A stretch of 64,000 nt of DNA from Eledone cirrhosa (GCA_964016885.1 OZ024766.1:7688001-7752000), one strand, 5' to 3'. Shown: positions 37,363 to 52,875, counted from the first letter of the stretch. Made by a program: numbers and translations. Notes: a model not told the origin generated them from the letters alone.

Positions 37363-40022
37363 GAGTATATATAGAGTAATGTAAATGTTATGTGAGATAT
37401 TATGTGAGGTAAAGCCTTTACTGTGACAATACAATAGTATATAAATGTTATGTGAGGTATTATGTGAGGTAAAGCCTTTACTGTGACAATACAATAGTAT
37501 ATATAGAGTAATGTAAATGTTATGTGAGGTATTATGTGAGGTAAAGCCTTTACTGTGAAAATACAATAGTATATATAGAGTAATGTAAATGTTATGTGAG
37601 ATATTATGTGAGGTAAAGCCTTTACTGTGACAATACAATAGTATATAAATGTTATGTGAGGTATTATGTGAGGTAAAGCCTTTACTGTGACAATACAATA
37701 GTATATATAGAGTAATGTAAATGTTATGTGAGGTATTATGTGAGGTAAAGCCTTTACTGTGAAAATACAATAGCATATATAGAGTAATGTAAATGTTATG
37801 TGAGATATTATGTGAGGTAAAGCCTTTACTGTGACAATACAATAGTATATAAATGTTATGTGAGGTATTATGTGAGGTAAAGCCTTTACTGTGACAATAC
37901 AATAGTATATATAGAGTAATGTAAATGTTATGTGAGGTATTATGTGAGGTAAAGCCTTTACTGTGAAAATACAATAGTATATATAGAGTAATGTAAATGT
38001 TATGTGAGATATTATGTGAGGTAAAGCCTTTACTGTGACAATACAATAGTATATATAGAGTAATGTAAATGTTATGTGAGGTATTATGTGAGGTAAAGCC
38101 TTTACTGTGACAATACAATAGTATATATAGAGTAATGTAAATGTTATGTGAGGTATTATGTGAGGTAAAGCCTTTACTGTGACAATACAATAGTATATAT
38201 AGAGTAATGTAAATGTTATGTGAGGTATTATGTGAGGTAAAGCGTTTACTGTGACAATACAATAGTATATATAGAGTAATGTAAATGTTATGTGAGGTAT
38301 TATGTGAGGTAAAGCCTTTACTGTGAAAATACAATAGTATATATAGAGTAATGTAAATGTTATGTGAGGTATTATGTGAGGTAAAGCCTTTACTGTGACA
38401 ATACAATAGTATATATAGAGTAATGTAAATGTTATGTGAGGTATTATGTGAGGTAAAGCCTTTACTGTGAAAATACAATAGTATATATAGAGTAATGTAA
38501 ATGTTATGTGAGATATTATGTGAGGTAAAGCCTTTACTGTGAAAATACAATAGTATATATAGAGTAATGTAAATGTTATGAGATATTATGTGAGGTAAAG
38601 CCTTTACTGTGGAAATACAATAGTATATATAGAGTAATGTAAATGTTATGTGAGATATTATGTGAGGTAAAGCCTTTACTGTGAAAATACAATAGTATAT
38701 ATAGAGTAATGTAAATGTTATGAGATATTATGTGAGGTAAAGCCTTTACTGTGGAAATACAATAGTATATATAGAGTAATGTAAATGTTATGTGAGATAT
38801 TATGTGAGGTAAAGCCTTTACTGTGAAAATACAATAGTATATATAGAGTAATGTAAATGTTATGTGAGATATTATGTGAGGTAAAGCCTCTACTGTGACA
38901 ATACAATAGTATATATAGAGTAATGTAAATGCTATGCGAGATATTATGTGAGGTAAAGCCTTTACTGTGACAATACAATAGTATATATAGAGTAATGTAA
39001 ATGTTATGTGAGATATTATGTGAGGTAAAGCCTTTACTGTGAAAATACAATAGTATATATAGAGTAATGTAAATGTTATGTGAGATATTATGTGAGGTAA
39101 AGCCTTTACTGTGAAAATACAATAGTATATATAGAGTAATGTAAATGTTATGTGAGATATTATGTGAGGTAAAGCCTTTACTGTGAAAATACAATAGTAT
39201 ATATAGAGTAATGTAAATGTTATGAGATATTATGTGAGGTAAAGCCTTTACTGTGGAAATACAATAGTATATATAGAGTAATGTAAATGCTATGCGAGAT
39301 ATTATGTGAGGTAAAGCCTTTACTGTGAAAATACAATAGTATATATAGAGTAATGTAAATGTTATGTGAGATATTATGGGAGGTAAAGCCTTTACTGTGA
39401 CAATACAATAGTATATATAGAGTAATGTAAATGTTATGCGAGATATTATGTAAGGTAAAGCCTTTACTGTGAAAATACAATAGTATATATAGAGTAATGT
39501 AAATGTTATGTGAGATATTATGTGAGGTAAAGCCTTTACTGTGAAAATACAATAGTATATATAGAGTAATGTAAATGTTATGTTAGATATTATTTGAGGT
39601 AAAGCCTTTACAGTGACAATACAATAGTATATATAGAGTAATGTAAATGCTATGCGAGATATTATGTGAGGTAAAGCCTTTACTGTGACAATAGAATAGT
39701 ATATATAGAGTAATGTAAATGCTATGCGAGATATTATGTGAGGTAAAGCCTTTACTGTGACAATACAATAGTATATATAGAGTAATGTAAATGTTATGTT
39801 AGATATTATTTGAGGTAAAGCCTTTACTGTGACAATACAATAGTATATATAGAGTAATGTAAATGCTATGCGAGATATTATGTGAGGTAAAGCCTTTACT
39901 GTGACAATAGAATAGTATATATAGAGTAATGTAAATGCTATGCGAGATATTATGTGAGGTAAAGCCTTTACTGTGACAATACAATAGTAGATATAGAGTA
40001 ATGTAAATGTTATGTGAGATAA
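37363..40022 (+). repeat. 72-bp minisatellite, array 3
   Basis: Same unit as array 1. Confidence 0.95.
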
Positions 40023-40229
40023 TGTTTGTTTTTCTTTTCTAAATGTGTCAGTGCCATTTTCACAAGAGCCAGAAACAAAACTTAATTCAGTTGTGTGGTG
40101 TATACTTTTTATTATAGCTGTTTTGCTATACCAGTGGCACAAGTGCCTCGTGCCACCGAGCACATTTCATACTGTAAAAAACGTGACAAATTCTTCTCCC
40201 ATCTATTCTTACCATGGGTTAATGCTACC

Positions 40230-40266
<37 letters not shown>

Positions 40267-41537
40267 ATCTGTATATTATATATAATATATATATATTATA
40301 TATATATATATATGTATATTATATATAATATACATATATATTATATATGTATATAATATATATTATATATATATATATATATATATGTATATTATATATA
40401 ATATATATATGTATATTATATATAATATATATATGTATATTATCTATATATATATTATATATAATATACATATATATATATTATATATAATATACATATA
40501 TATATATTATATACAATATATATATATATATATTATATATTATATACAATATATATATATATATATATTATATACAATATATATATATATATTATATACA
40601 ATATATATATATATATATTATATACAATATATATATATATATATATTATATACAATATATATATATTATATACAATATATATATATATATATATTATATA
40701 CAATATATATATATATATATATATTATATACAATATATATATATATATTATATACAATATATATATATATATTATATACAATATATATATATATATTATA
40801 TATATATATATATATGATATACATATATATAATATATATATTATAGATATATTATATATAATATACATATATATATATTATATATAATATAATATATATA
40901 TATATCATATATATATATGTATATCATATATACATAATATATATATATATATCATATATATATATGTATATCATATATATATAATATATATATATATATT
41001 ATATATATATAATATAATATATATATATATCATATATATATAGCTAGTGTTGTATAAATTTAAAATTACACAGAGTTTATAATGGTCACACACACACACA
41101 CACACATACATACACATACACTGGTATGTATGTACACAGGTGGTTGAAAGTGTGTATATGCATGTGTATATCTATTAATATACATACATACATACATACA
41201 CGCATATAAACATATATTTCAAGGCATCTGAAAGTCTGAGACGTGTTTGTGTCTACGAAACCACTTGTAATGCAGAAATATGTCACACTGTAAATATAAA
41301 TACCTTCAATATGGTGATTGTTATTGTCTGTAGATATATATATGTATATATATATATATGTATATATATATATGTGTATATATATGTATATATATATATG
41401 TATATATATGTATATGTATGTATATATATATATATATATGTATGTATATATGTACATGTATATATATATGTATATATATATATATATATGTATGTATATA
41501 TATATGTATATGTATATGTATATATATATGTATATAT

Positions 41538-41568
<31 letters not shown>

Positions 41569-41889
41569 CATATATATATACATATATATATACATACATA
41601 TATATATACATACATACATATACATACATATATATATATATATACATACATATATACACATACATACATATATATATACACATATATATACATACATATA
41701 CATACACATATATATATATATACACATATATACATACATATATATATATATATATACACATATATACATACATACATATATACACATACATATATATACA
41801 TACGTATATATACATACATACATATATATATGTGTGTGTGTCCTTATTGAAAGTCTGCGGTACCGAGACCCAAATAACAAATTAGGCTA

Positions 41890-41939
<50 letters not shown>

Positions 41940-42036
41940 GCAATATATATATATTCATACATACATATACACACACAAACATATACTTATATCTCTCTCT
42001 CTCTTTATATATATATATATATATATATTTATTAAA

Positions 42037-42109
42037 TAACAGATTAAAGTTTAAGCAAAGAATCGCTGCTTTCACCCTTAACGGGATCTTCTGAAACTTT
42101 AATCTGTTA
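42037..42109 (-). ncRNA. Hammerhead-like ribozyme with U4A core variant (second copy at 42538-42610)
   Basis: Minus strand: taacagattaaagttt CAGAAGA tccc gttaa gggt GAAA gca gcgattctt tgc TT aaactttaatctgtta. Confidence 0.55.
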
Positions 42110-43236
42110 TTTTAATAAATATTTGCTCTACGGTTCTTATATATTTGATATATATTTATCCTTATCGAGCCCTCTTTGGATTTTAGTCTTCACATTTATT
42201 ATTATTACTATATATATATATATATTATGGAATACTGTTGGCTTCTTGCTACAATACTTTCTATAGCTTTCATTTATATATATATATATATATATATAAT
42301 TAACGATGGTTATAGCTCTGATTTATCCAAATTATTGAGCCCTCTGCCACACATATCGGATATTGTTTATCGTTATTTCGTGAGCTGTTTTTCCGATACT
42401 CGATTATTCTACTATAAATATATATATATATACATATAGTAATAATAATAAATGTGAAGATTAAAATCCAAAGAGGGCTCGATAAGGATAAATATATATC
42501 AAATATATAAGAACCCTAGAGCAAATATTTATTAAAATAACAGATTAAAGTTTAAGCAAAGAATCGCTGCTTTCACCCTTAACGGGATCTTCTGAAACTT
42601 TAATCTGTTATTTTAATAAATATTTGCTCTACGGTTCTTATATATTTGATATATATTTATCCTTATCGAGCCCTCTTTGGATTTTAGTCTTCAAATTTAT
42701 TATTATTACTATATATATATATAAAGAAAAAGAGATGAAATCGAAAATGCAACTGGAATCTTTTTTAAATATATATTTATTTGGTTCCTTTACCGTTAAA
42801 GGAACCAAATAAATATATATTTTTATACAAAAAGACTCCAGTTGTATTTTCGATTTCATCTTTTTTCCTTATACTTTCACTCGTGTAGGACACCTCGGTT
42901 TTTTTTTTCATTTTGTAAAAAAAACCTCACTTTCTAATATATATATATATATATATTTGTTTTGCGAGGTTTTTGATATGAAATCGTGTGTCGAAACAAA
43001 TATTTTTATACTTGGGGAGGGTTATATTTGTGTAATAATATTGCCAGAATTAATAACAGAACACACTCACTGTTTGGTTGGTTTTCGCTTCTGTGTCTTT
43101 TATATCGGTTAATTTAATTTATTCAGTCCTCATAACCAATATAAAAGACACAGAAGTGAAAACCAACCAAACAGTGAGTGTGTTCTGTTATTAATTCTGA
43201 CAATATTATTACACAAATATGACCCTCCCCAAGTAT

Positions 43237-43273
<37 letters not shown>

Positions 43274-43764
43274 ATCAAAAGATGGTTAAAAGAGCTCCAT
43301 GTATTTTATTATGCGCATTTCAAAAACAAATATCATCATGCAATAACATTTGTAACCATCTTTTGATCTTATATATTATGTATACTCCAGTCCTACAAAC
43401 TGTAGAGCGCTTCTTATCCGATATCTGCATTGCTTTATTGTACTACAATAAAATTCACCTCCTACATATATATATATGTATATATATTATTCAAAATATT
43501 AACAAATGAAGATATTCTCATAATCAAAATATATACTTTATTATATATATTTCAAAGGTACTGTGTTGTTTTTTCAGCACGTCCTCATGAGATAAAATAT
43601 ATGATTTGATATATGACATACCGCTACGGTCTTGATTATTCAATTCCAGTATTGGCAGTGATTTATTTCATCAAATCTCAACGTTTTTATACATGATGAA
43701 ATAAATCAGTGCCAATACTGGAATTGAATAATCACGACCGTAGTGGTATATCATATATCAAATC

Positions 43765-43840
43765 ATATATTTTATCTGATGAGGACGTACTGAAAAAAAA
43801 AACAACACAGTACCTTTGAAATGTATATAATAAAGTATAT
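43765..43840 (+). ncRNA. Type-I hammerhead ribozyme (mirror copy 43531-43602 on minus has G5C core change)
   Basis: atatattttat CTGATGA ggacgtactg ... cagtaccttt GAAA tgtata TA ataaagtatat. Confidence 0.7.
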
Positions 43841-43983
43841 ATTTTGATTAGGTGAATATCTTCATTTGTTAATATTTTGAATAATATTAAAAACTCCAGG
43901 AAAACTCGCTGTTGATTGCTTCTAATCTATTGTAAAACTGTATTCATTGAGTAAGTAATCAATGAACCATTTTAATCTTTGGT

Positions 43984-44029
<46 letters not shown>

Positions 44030-45689
44030 GAAGGAAATGTGGTAAGGAACCAGGTGGACCATAACGCACCAAAGTACTCAATACTTTGGGCACTTGAGTC
44101 CAGAATTAGCCGTCGAAACGGCTTGAGCTCAGCCGTCGGGGTCCTACTCGTTCCTATATATATCCAGGGAGTATAACTTGGAGTTACTGTAGATTTACCC
44201 GGTTGAGCACTCAGTGTTGAGGTGTAGAGCTATACAGGGTGTATATATATATATATATATATATATATGCATACACACATACATGTACAAACATACACAC
44301 ATTTATACATGCATTTATATATATAATATATAAAAAATCATCATCATCATCCCCCAAACACAATATCCCCTAGGAAAGAAGTTAAAACGAACAAAATGGT
44401 GTCAATAATAATAATAATAATAATAATAACAACAGCAACAGCAACAACGCTTTCTTTTATAGGCACAAGGGCCAAAAATTTCGGGGATGTGGGAGATGGG
44501 GGGGGGGGAGGAGAAGTCAATTAAATCAACCCCCAGTACATTACTAGTACTTTATTTCATGGACCCCCCCCCCCCCCGCCGTAAGGATGAAAGGCAAAGT
44601 CAGCCTCCGGTGGGATTTGAAACCGGAAACGTAAAGGGCCATAACTCTGTGCTGTAAAGCATGGCGTCAGGCACGAGGCCAGCAATTTCGGGGGAAGGGG
44701 GAAAAGGAAAGTTGATTAAATCAATCCCCAGTGTATTACTGGTACTTTATTTTATCGACCCTGTAATAATTGTTTCTACTTTTGGCACAAGGCCAGCAAT
44801 TACCCCAGTGTATTACTGGTACTTTATTTTATCGACCCGGTAATAATTGTTTCTACTTTAGGCACAAGGCCAGCAATTACCCCAGTGTATTACTGGTACT
44901 TTATTTTATCGACCCTGTAATAATTGTTTCTACTTTAGGCACAAGGCCAGCAATTACCCCAGTGTATTACTGGTACTTTATTTTATCGACCCTGTAATAA
45001 TTGTTTCTACTTTAGGCACAAGGCCAGCAATTACCCCAGTGTATTACTGGTACTTTATTTTATCGACCCTGTAATAACTGTTTCTAGTTTAGGCACAAGG
45101 CCAGCAATTACCCCAGTGTATTACTGGTACTTTATTTTATCGACCCTGTAATAATTGTTTCTACTTTTGGCACAAGGCCAGCAATTACCCCAGTGTATTA
45201 CTGGTACTTTATTTTATCGACCCTGTAATAAATGTTTCTAGTTTAGGCACAAGGCCAGCAATTACCCCAGTGTATTACTGGTACTTTATTTTATCAACCC
45301 TGTAATAACTGTTTCTACTTTTGGGGGCACAAGGCCAGCAATTAACCCCCCAGTGTATTACTGGTACTTTATTTTATCAACCGCCGTATGAATGAAAGGC
45401 AAAAGTCAACCTCGGCGGGATTTGAACTCATACCGTAAAGGGCCGTAACTCCATGCTGCAAAGCATGGCGTCTGGCGCTCTACCGATGCTGCCAATCCAC
45501 AGCCAGTGGCTTCCGATTTAGGGATAGGGAGGGGGAAAGTCATATTTATTGACCCAAGTGTATCTCTGGTACTACCAAATCCACCAATCTCTCATAACAA
45601 CAACAACCATAATATCTGAGTACTTTTTTGTGTTTCCCATAATAAAAAAAACAAGAAAACAAACATATATGTGTGTATATATATATATA

Positions 45690-45732
<43 letters not shown>

Positions 45733-45769
45733 ATATATATATATATATGTGTGTGTGTGTATATATATA

Positions 45770-45846
<77 letters not shown>

Positions 45847-45857
45847 ATATATATATA

Positions 45858-45902
<45 letters not shown>

Positions 45903-45943
45903 ATATATATGTGTGTGTGTGTATATATATATGTGTGTGTGTG

Positions 45944-45974
<31 letters not shown>

Positions 45975-46061
45975 ATATATATGTGTGTGTGTGTGTATAT
46001 ATATATGTGTGTGTGTGTATATATATATATCTGTGTGTGTATATATATATATCTGTGTGTG

Positions 46062-46092
<31 letters not shown>

Positions 46093-46129
46093 ATATATAT
46101 GTGTGTGTGTATATATATATGTGTGTGTG

Positions 46130-46188
<59 letters not shown>

Positions 46189-46297
46189 GTGTGTGTGTGT
46201 GTATATATGTGTGTGCGTGTATATATATATATCTGTGTGTGTATATATATAGATATATATATATCTGTGTGTATATATATATAGATATATATATATC

Positions 46298-46397
<100 letters not shown>

Positions 46398-46439
46398 TGT
46401 GTGTGTATATATATATGTGTGTGTGTATATATATATATC

Positions 46440-46500
<61 letters not shown>

Positions 46501-46598
46501 ATATATATATAGGTGTGTGTGTGTATATATATCTGTGTGTGTGTATATATATCTGTGTGTGAGTGTATATGTATGTGTATATATATATATGTGTGTGC

Positions 46599-46633
<35 letters not shown>

Positions 46634-46841
46634 ATCATCCTTTAACATCTATCTTCCACGCTAGCATGGGTTAGACAGGTTTGTCCCACTTGCCTCACTC
46701 GTATAGGAAGTTATATATATATACACACACACACAAATAAATATACATATATATATACACAAGTATGTATGTATATAAATATATATATATACACATCATT
46801 TTCATTTTATGTCCGCTTTTCCCTGCTTGCAAGGGTGGGAC

Positions 46842-46874
<33 letters not shown>

Positions 46875-46930
46875 CACATACATATACACATATATATACA
46901 TACATATATACACATACATATATACACAAG

Positions 46931-46963
<33 letters not shown>

Positions 46964-47041
46964 GTATATCTATAACTATACATTTACATACATATATATA
47001 TATACACATACATATACACATATATATACATATATACAGAA

Positions 47042-47094
<53 letters not shown>

Positions 47095-47130
47095 AACATA
47101 TATATATACAAATAAATATACATATATATA

Positions 47131-47209
47131 TTGGGCTGTAACATAAATTCCCGCCGTTATTATAATTAGCTTAATAAATAAAACGGCGGGAATTTATGTT
47201 ACAACCTAA
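47131..47209. mobile_element. 79-bp mariner-type MITE (MADE1-like architecture)
   Basis: TA|ttgggctgtaacataaattcccgccgtt...aacggcgggaatttatgttacaacctaa|TA. Confidence 0.75.
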
Positions 47210-47214
47210 TATAT

Positions 47215-47247
<33 letters not shown>

Positions 47248-47534
47248 ATTATACATATATACACATATATATATACAAATATACATATATATATACAAAT
47301 AAATATATATACACATATATATATACAAATAAATATACATATATATATATACAAATAAATATATACACATATATATATATACAAATAAATATATACACAT
47401 ATATATATATACAAATAAATATATACACATATATATATACAAATAAATATATACACATATATATATATATACATATACACATATATATATATATATACAC
47501 ATATATATATACATATACACATATATATATATAC

Positions 47535-47565
<31 letters not shown>

Positions 47566-48180
47566 CATATACACATATATACATATATACATATACACAT
47601 ATATATACATATATACATATACATATATATATATATACATATACACATATATATACATATATACATATACATATATATATATATATATATACATATATAC
47701 ATATACATATACATATATATATATATATATATACATATACACATATATATATATATATACACATATATATATATATATATATATATAAATATATACACAT
47801 AAATATATACACATATATATAAAAACCAAACATTTCATTAAAAAAAAATCAAAACACAAAAGTTTTCCTTTTTTATGCAGAAAAAAAAAAAAAAAAAAAA
47901 AAAAAACTATAAATTAAAAAATTATTGGAATTATTTTTTTTCTTTTTTTGAGTGTTTCCATGGCAACAGCAATAAACAATGTCTGGTGTACTTTGCTGTG
48001 ATTGGTTGGTTGATGTGGGGAGGAGAGGGAGGAGGGGGGAGTTAATTAGTTAGTTAATTAATTATTTTTTTTTGTATTTTTCTTGCGTTTTGTTTTTTTG
48101 GGGGTGGGGGTGGGTGGGGTTGTTTGTGGTTGTTGTTGTTGTTGTTGTTGTTGTTGCTGTAGTGCACCTGCTGTTCCCTT

Positions 48181-48234
48181 TCATGGTTCAACTCCCAGAG
48201 TCTCCATAATATATTTCTTGACGTCTTCCATTTC
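48181..48234 (-). CDS. LYPLA1: Acyl-protein thioesterase terminal exon, 54 nt
   Basis: tctcag|GAA; EMEDVKKYIMETLGVEP*. Confidence 0.9.
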   Translation of the reverse strand, partial: EMEDVKKYIMETLGVEP

Positions 48235-48245
48235 CTGAGATAGAC

Positions 48246-48287
<42 letters not shown>

Positions 48288-48369
48288 AGAGAGAGAGAGT
48301 GAGATGGATAGATAGATAGATAGATAGATAGATAAAGAGAGAGAGAGTGAGATGGATAGAGACAGACAG

Positions 48370-49270
48370 ACAGATATATTTCTTTATTGGCCACAAGGGC
48401 ACACAAGAAAAGGGGACAATACAAAGACACATGCCGTGTAAAAATATGAAACAAACGACTATAACAATCGAAATCCCCAATAGGGGGAGGCGTTACAAAT
48501 GGGTTGTTTTATACCCCGTAGATAGAACAACCCTCAACTCCAGGAGCGTGTTGTGCAAGTGCTCCCTTCTTCCTTCTGCTCTCTTCTTCAACCTACAGGC
48601 TTATATACAGAGAAGGCCCAATCACTCGGGCCATTTTTGCTTCATTCACCCACCTTTCAGTAAATTTACTGGGGTGCAGTGCCTCTCTCTCTCTCCACTC
48701 CGATTCTCCTTCTAAAGTGGTACCTAAAGAAGAGAATGAGTTGTTGTCCGGAGAGAAAGGCATCTGTCCTCAGTCCTCTCAACCTTGACCACCATATAAC
48801 CTCTTTCACCAAACAATCGAAATCCCCAATAGGGGGAGGCGTTACAAATGGGTTGTTTTATACCCCGTAGATAGAACAACCCTCAACTCCAGGAGCGTGT
48901 TGTGCAAGTGCTGCCTTCTTCCTTTTGCTCTCTTCTTCAACCTACAGGTTTATATACAGAGAAGGCCCAATCACTCGGGCCATTCACCCACCTTTCAGTA
49001 AATTTACTGGGGTGCAGTGCCTCACTCTCCACTCTGATTCTCCTTCTAAAGTGGTACCTAAAGAAGGGAATGAGTTGTTGTCCGGAGAGAAAGGCATCTG
49101 TCCTCAGTCCTCTCAACCTTGACCACCATATTACCTCTTTCACTATAGCCACTGTACAGACGAAAACCGCCTCTCTTTCGTTTTTTAAAGAAGTTGGCGG
49201 TTTGATCCTTACTATGGACTCGGCAGTCAACTGGATTTGTCCCATACGGGACAGCAGTTGTTCTGCGTAG
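48370..49270 (-). mobile_element. Tx1/L1-like LINE 3' end, internally duplicated
   Basis: AIVKEVIWWSRLRGL...RWV resembles an ORF2 C-terminus; ends at a (TATC)n tract. Confidence 0.65.
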
Positions 49271-49279
49271 TTCCACAGT

Positions 49280-50385
49280 GTATATATAGAGTGTGTATAG
49301 AGTATATATGTAGTGTATATAATGTATATGTAGTGTATATATAATATATACACAGTATATATTGTCATGTCACTAGTACCAAGCTGTATCAGCCATTACC
49401 TTTCCCTTGGACAACATCATATATAGTGTATATAATGTATATGTAGTGTATATATAATATATATACAGTATATATTGTCATGTCACTTGGTACCAAGCTG
49501 TATCAGCCATTACCTTTCCCTTGGACAACATCATATATAGTGTATATAGGGTATATAATGTATATGTAGTGTATATATAATATATATACAGTATATATTG
49601 TCATGTCACTTGGTACCAAGCTGTATCAGCCATTACCTTTCCCTTGGACAACATCATATATAGTGTATATAGGGTATATAATGTATATGTAGTGTATATA
49701 TAATATATATACAGTATATATTGTCATGTCACTTGGTACCAAGCTGTATCAGCCATTACCTTTCCCTTGGACAACATCATATATAGTGTATATAGGGTAT
49801 ATAATGTATATGTAGTGTATATATAATATATACACAGTATATATTGTCATGTCACTAGTACCAAGCTGTATCAGCCATTACCTTTCCCTTGGACAACATC
49901 ATATATAGTGTATATAATGTATATGTAGTGTATATATAATATATATACAGTATATATAGTCATGTCACTTGGTACCAAGCTGTATCAGCCATTACCTTTC
50001 CCTTGGACAACATCATATATAGTGTATATAGGGTATATAATGTATATGTAGTGTATATATAATATATATACAGTATATATTGTCATGTCACTTGGTACCA
50101 AGCTGTATCAGCCATTACCTTTCCCTTGGACAACATCATATATAGTGTATATAGGGTATATAATGTATATGTAGTGTATATATAATATATATACAGTATA
50201 TATTGTCATGTCACTTGGTACCAAGCTGTATCAGCCATTACCTTTCCCTTGGACAACATCATATATAGTGTATATAGGGTATATAATGTATATGTAGTGT
50301 ATATATAATATATATACAGTATATATAGTCATGTCACTGGTACCAAGCTGTATCAGCCATTACCTTTCCCTTGGACAACATCAGT
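49280..50385. repeat. ~120-bp minisatellite
   Basis: gtaccaagctgtatcagccattacctttcccttggacaacatcat unit. Confidence 0.9.
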
Positions 50386-50479
50386 GGGGTAGAGAGAGAT
50401 GAGAGACTGGTGTATATATATGGGTGACTGCTGGTCATCCACAAGACAAACCTTGTCCAGACTTGTGCCTCAGCAGTAA

Positions 50480-50584
50480 ATTTTTTGTTTGTGAACCTAA
50501 AACTCAAAAACTACCAAACCAATCTTGATGAAACTTGACACACGTGTGGGGATCATACCCATTTGATTTCTTACGTACTTTGAA

Positions 50585-50622
<38 letters not shown>

Positions 50623-51664
50623 TATTTCCAGTCTGCATCGATTTTTTTATAAATCATGCATACAAATGCTCAAATGAATGTTATTTTCTACCATAACTTT
50701 TAAAATTCTCAACCGATTCCCTTCAAAATTGAAACACAGATAGATTATGTGCTAAGGATGGCTTTAGGCTAAGAAAACATTATCCCAGACAACTCGTGGA
50801 AGGCAAAAAGCCGCACAAACCTATTTTTCATTTGGTTTGTTTCTTCTGATATGAGCAACCAATTTGCTTTAAACTGTACAGGTGCATTATTTGTTTGGCA
50901 GTATTGGTAGAGAGTCGGACACCATGCTTTGAAGCATAGAGTTACGTCCCTTTACGGCCTGAGCTCAAATCCCGCCGAGGTTAATTCATCCTTACGGGGT
51001 CGATAAAATAAAGTACCAGTAATACACTGGGCAATTGCTGGCCTTGTGCCAAAGGTAGAAACAATTATTTATGTATCAATAAGGTGTTAATAGTTTCCCC
51101 AGGGCTCCTTAATAATGCGAAAACACCGCAAATATCGAATGTCTCAAATGCTTTTTTCAAACATCTTAGATACACCACTTATGTGCAGTGGATGGTCTTC
51201 TCCAGCGGGACAGAGGGCTGTACAACAATGGGATGGATAACAATTGAATTTTCCCTCCACGGGCCGAGTTTTACCCAGACAAATGGGATTTATGGGCTTT
51301 AGTTGGATAATGCGGGGGTATTTTTCAAAAATGTACACCTGGCAGAACCCTTTGCAAATCGAATAGAAATCTTCAACGGGCCACAGTTGACACGCAGGCC
51401 GTAAAGATATTTTAAAATTACCTACCCACCCTAGGGTGTGTCATCTTTGCTGTTAACGTGTATATTTAAGCGAATGGAACATCTTACGGGACGGACAGAG
51501 GGCCTCTGCAGGACGCATAAACCAGTTGGCCGTGGTGTGGGACATCCCCGACAATGACCGTGTTTTCCTATAAGACTTAATTCAACCGAGAGCTTCTTCA
51601 AGTGTTATTTCTGCACAAACAATCGTATTACTGAAACCCTAGCAACGTTGGGTACCTCAGCTAG
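50480..51664 (+). mobile_element. Helitron-like non-autonomous remnant
   Basis: 3' end ccctagcaacgttgggtacctcagCTAG|T; aaccaatcttgatgaaacttg-type motifs. Confidence 0.5.
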
Positions 51665-52782
51665 TATATATCATCATCATCGCCATCTTCGTTTAACATC
51701 CATCTTCCACGCTAGCATGGGTTAGACGGGAGTTGTCCCACTTGAGGCATGGTTGGTCGGGTGACCATGTCTCGCTCGTATAGGACTATCTGGCGGGTTT
51801 TCTACGGCTGGATGCCCTTCCTAACACCAACCACGTTTACAGTGTGGAACTGGGAGGTTTTTACCGTGTTACCTACACGGCCACATTACAGCGTGGACTG
51901 TGTGTTTTTTTTTGTCGTGACACCTACACGATCTCGATCACATTATCTCATTTATTTGGACTGGATGTTGCGGTACCAACTTTACAGAGAGAGGGTGGTG
52001 TTGGTGGCAGTGGGAGGTTAGGGCAGGGGTAGTGGGATTGGGGTGTATATATATATATCATCACCATCATCATCGTTTAACGTCCATCTTCCACGCTTGC
52101 ATGGGTTTGGACGGGAGTTTTCCCACTTGAGGCAAGAGTGGTTGCCTTGCTCGCATAGGACTGTCTGGCGGGTTTTCTATGGATGGATGCCCTTCCTAAC
52201 ATATATATATGAGAATAAACGTGCTGCGGAGTTGCAAATTGGGTTACATATGAATAAAGTGGTCCTTCATCAGTGATCTTCCAACCATCATCGGTATTTC
52301 TTCGCTTTAAAGACCATATACCTCCGGTTGGTGCGAGCAACGGCTAAAAAAAGTCGTTGGGACACGTAAATAAAGGGGACACGAGTGTAAACAAACAAAG
52401 ATGGTGAAGCAACGAAAAGTGAGGAAGAAGGAGTCAAGTCCCAAATTTCCATGAATATAAGTTCGGTGAAATCATGAACGAGAGAGAATAAAGACCATCA
52501 AACCTGGTTGAAATGTGAGCAAGGAAGGAATTTCGCACAGGTCTAACAGGAGGAAGAAGGGGTCTAGTCCGTGAATTCGGTAAACATAAGTTCTGTATAT
52601 ATATTATATATAACTATAGATAGATAGATTTCTTTATTTACCATAAAGGCATAAAAAGAAGGGACAAATACAAAGGGGGAGTTTACATACAATCGAGTAA
52701 AAAGGGTATAAAATTGAAATTAATCGAAAATAACCTCAAAAGGGAGGCGACGTGATGGGGGTTGCACACACCCCTATATAAC

Positions 52783-52817
<35 letters not shown>

Positions 52818-52875
52818 AGGCATTTAAAAAGGTGAGTTCAGACGAAAGACTGTTAGAGACAACAACTACACTTAC

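Noticed and set aside
41224-41273. Hammerhead-like gcat-CTGAAAG...GAAAC...GTA-atgc
   Set aside because: Core lacks G8-A9 register; counted only as a degenerate relic
48420-48480. FIFLHG resembling the missing LYPLA N-terminal exon
   Set aside because: Lies in LINE 3' sequence within the last intron, wrong position in gene order
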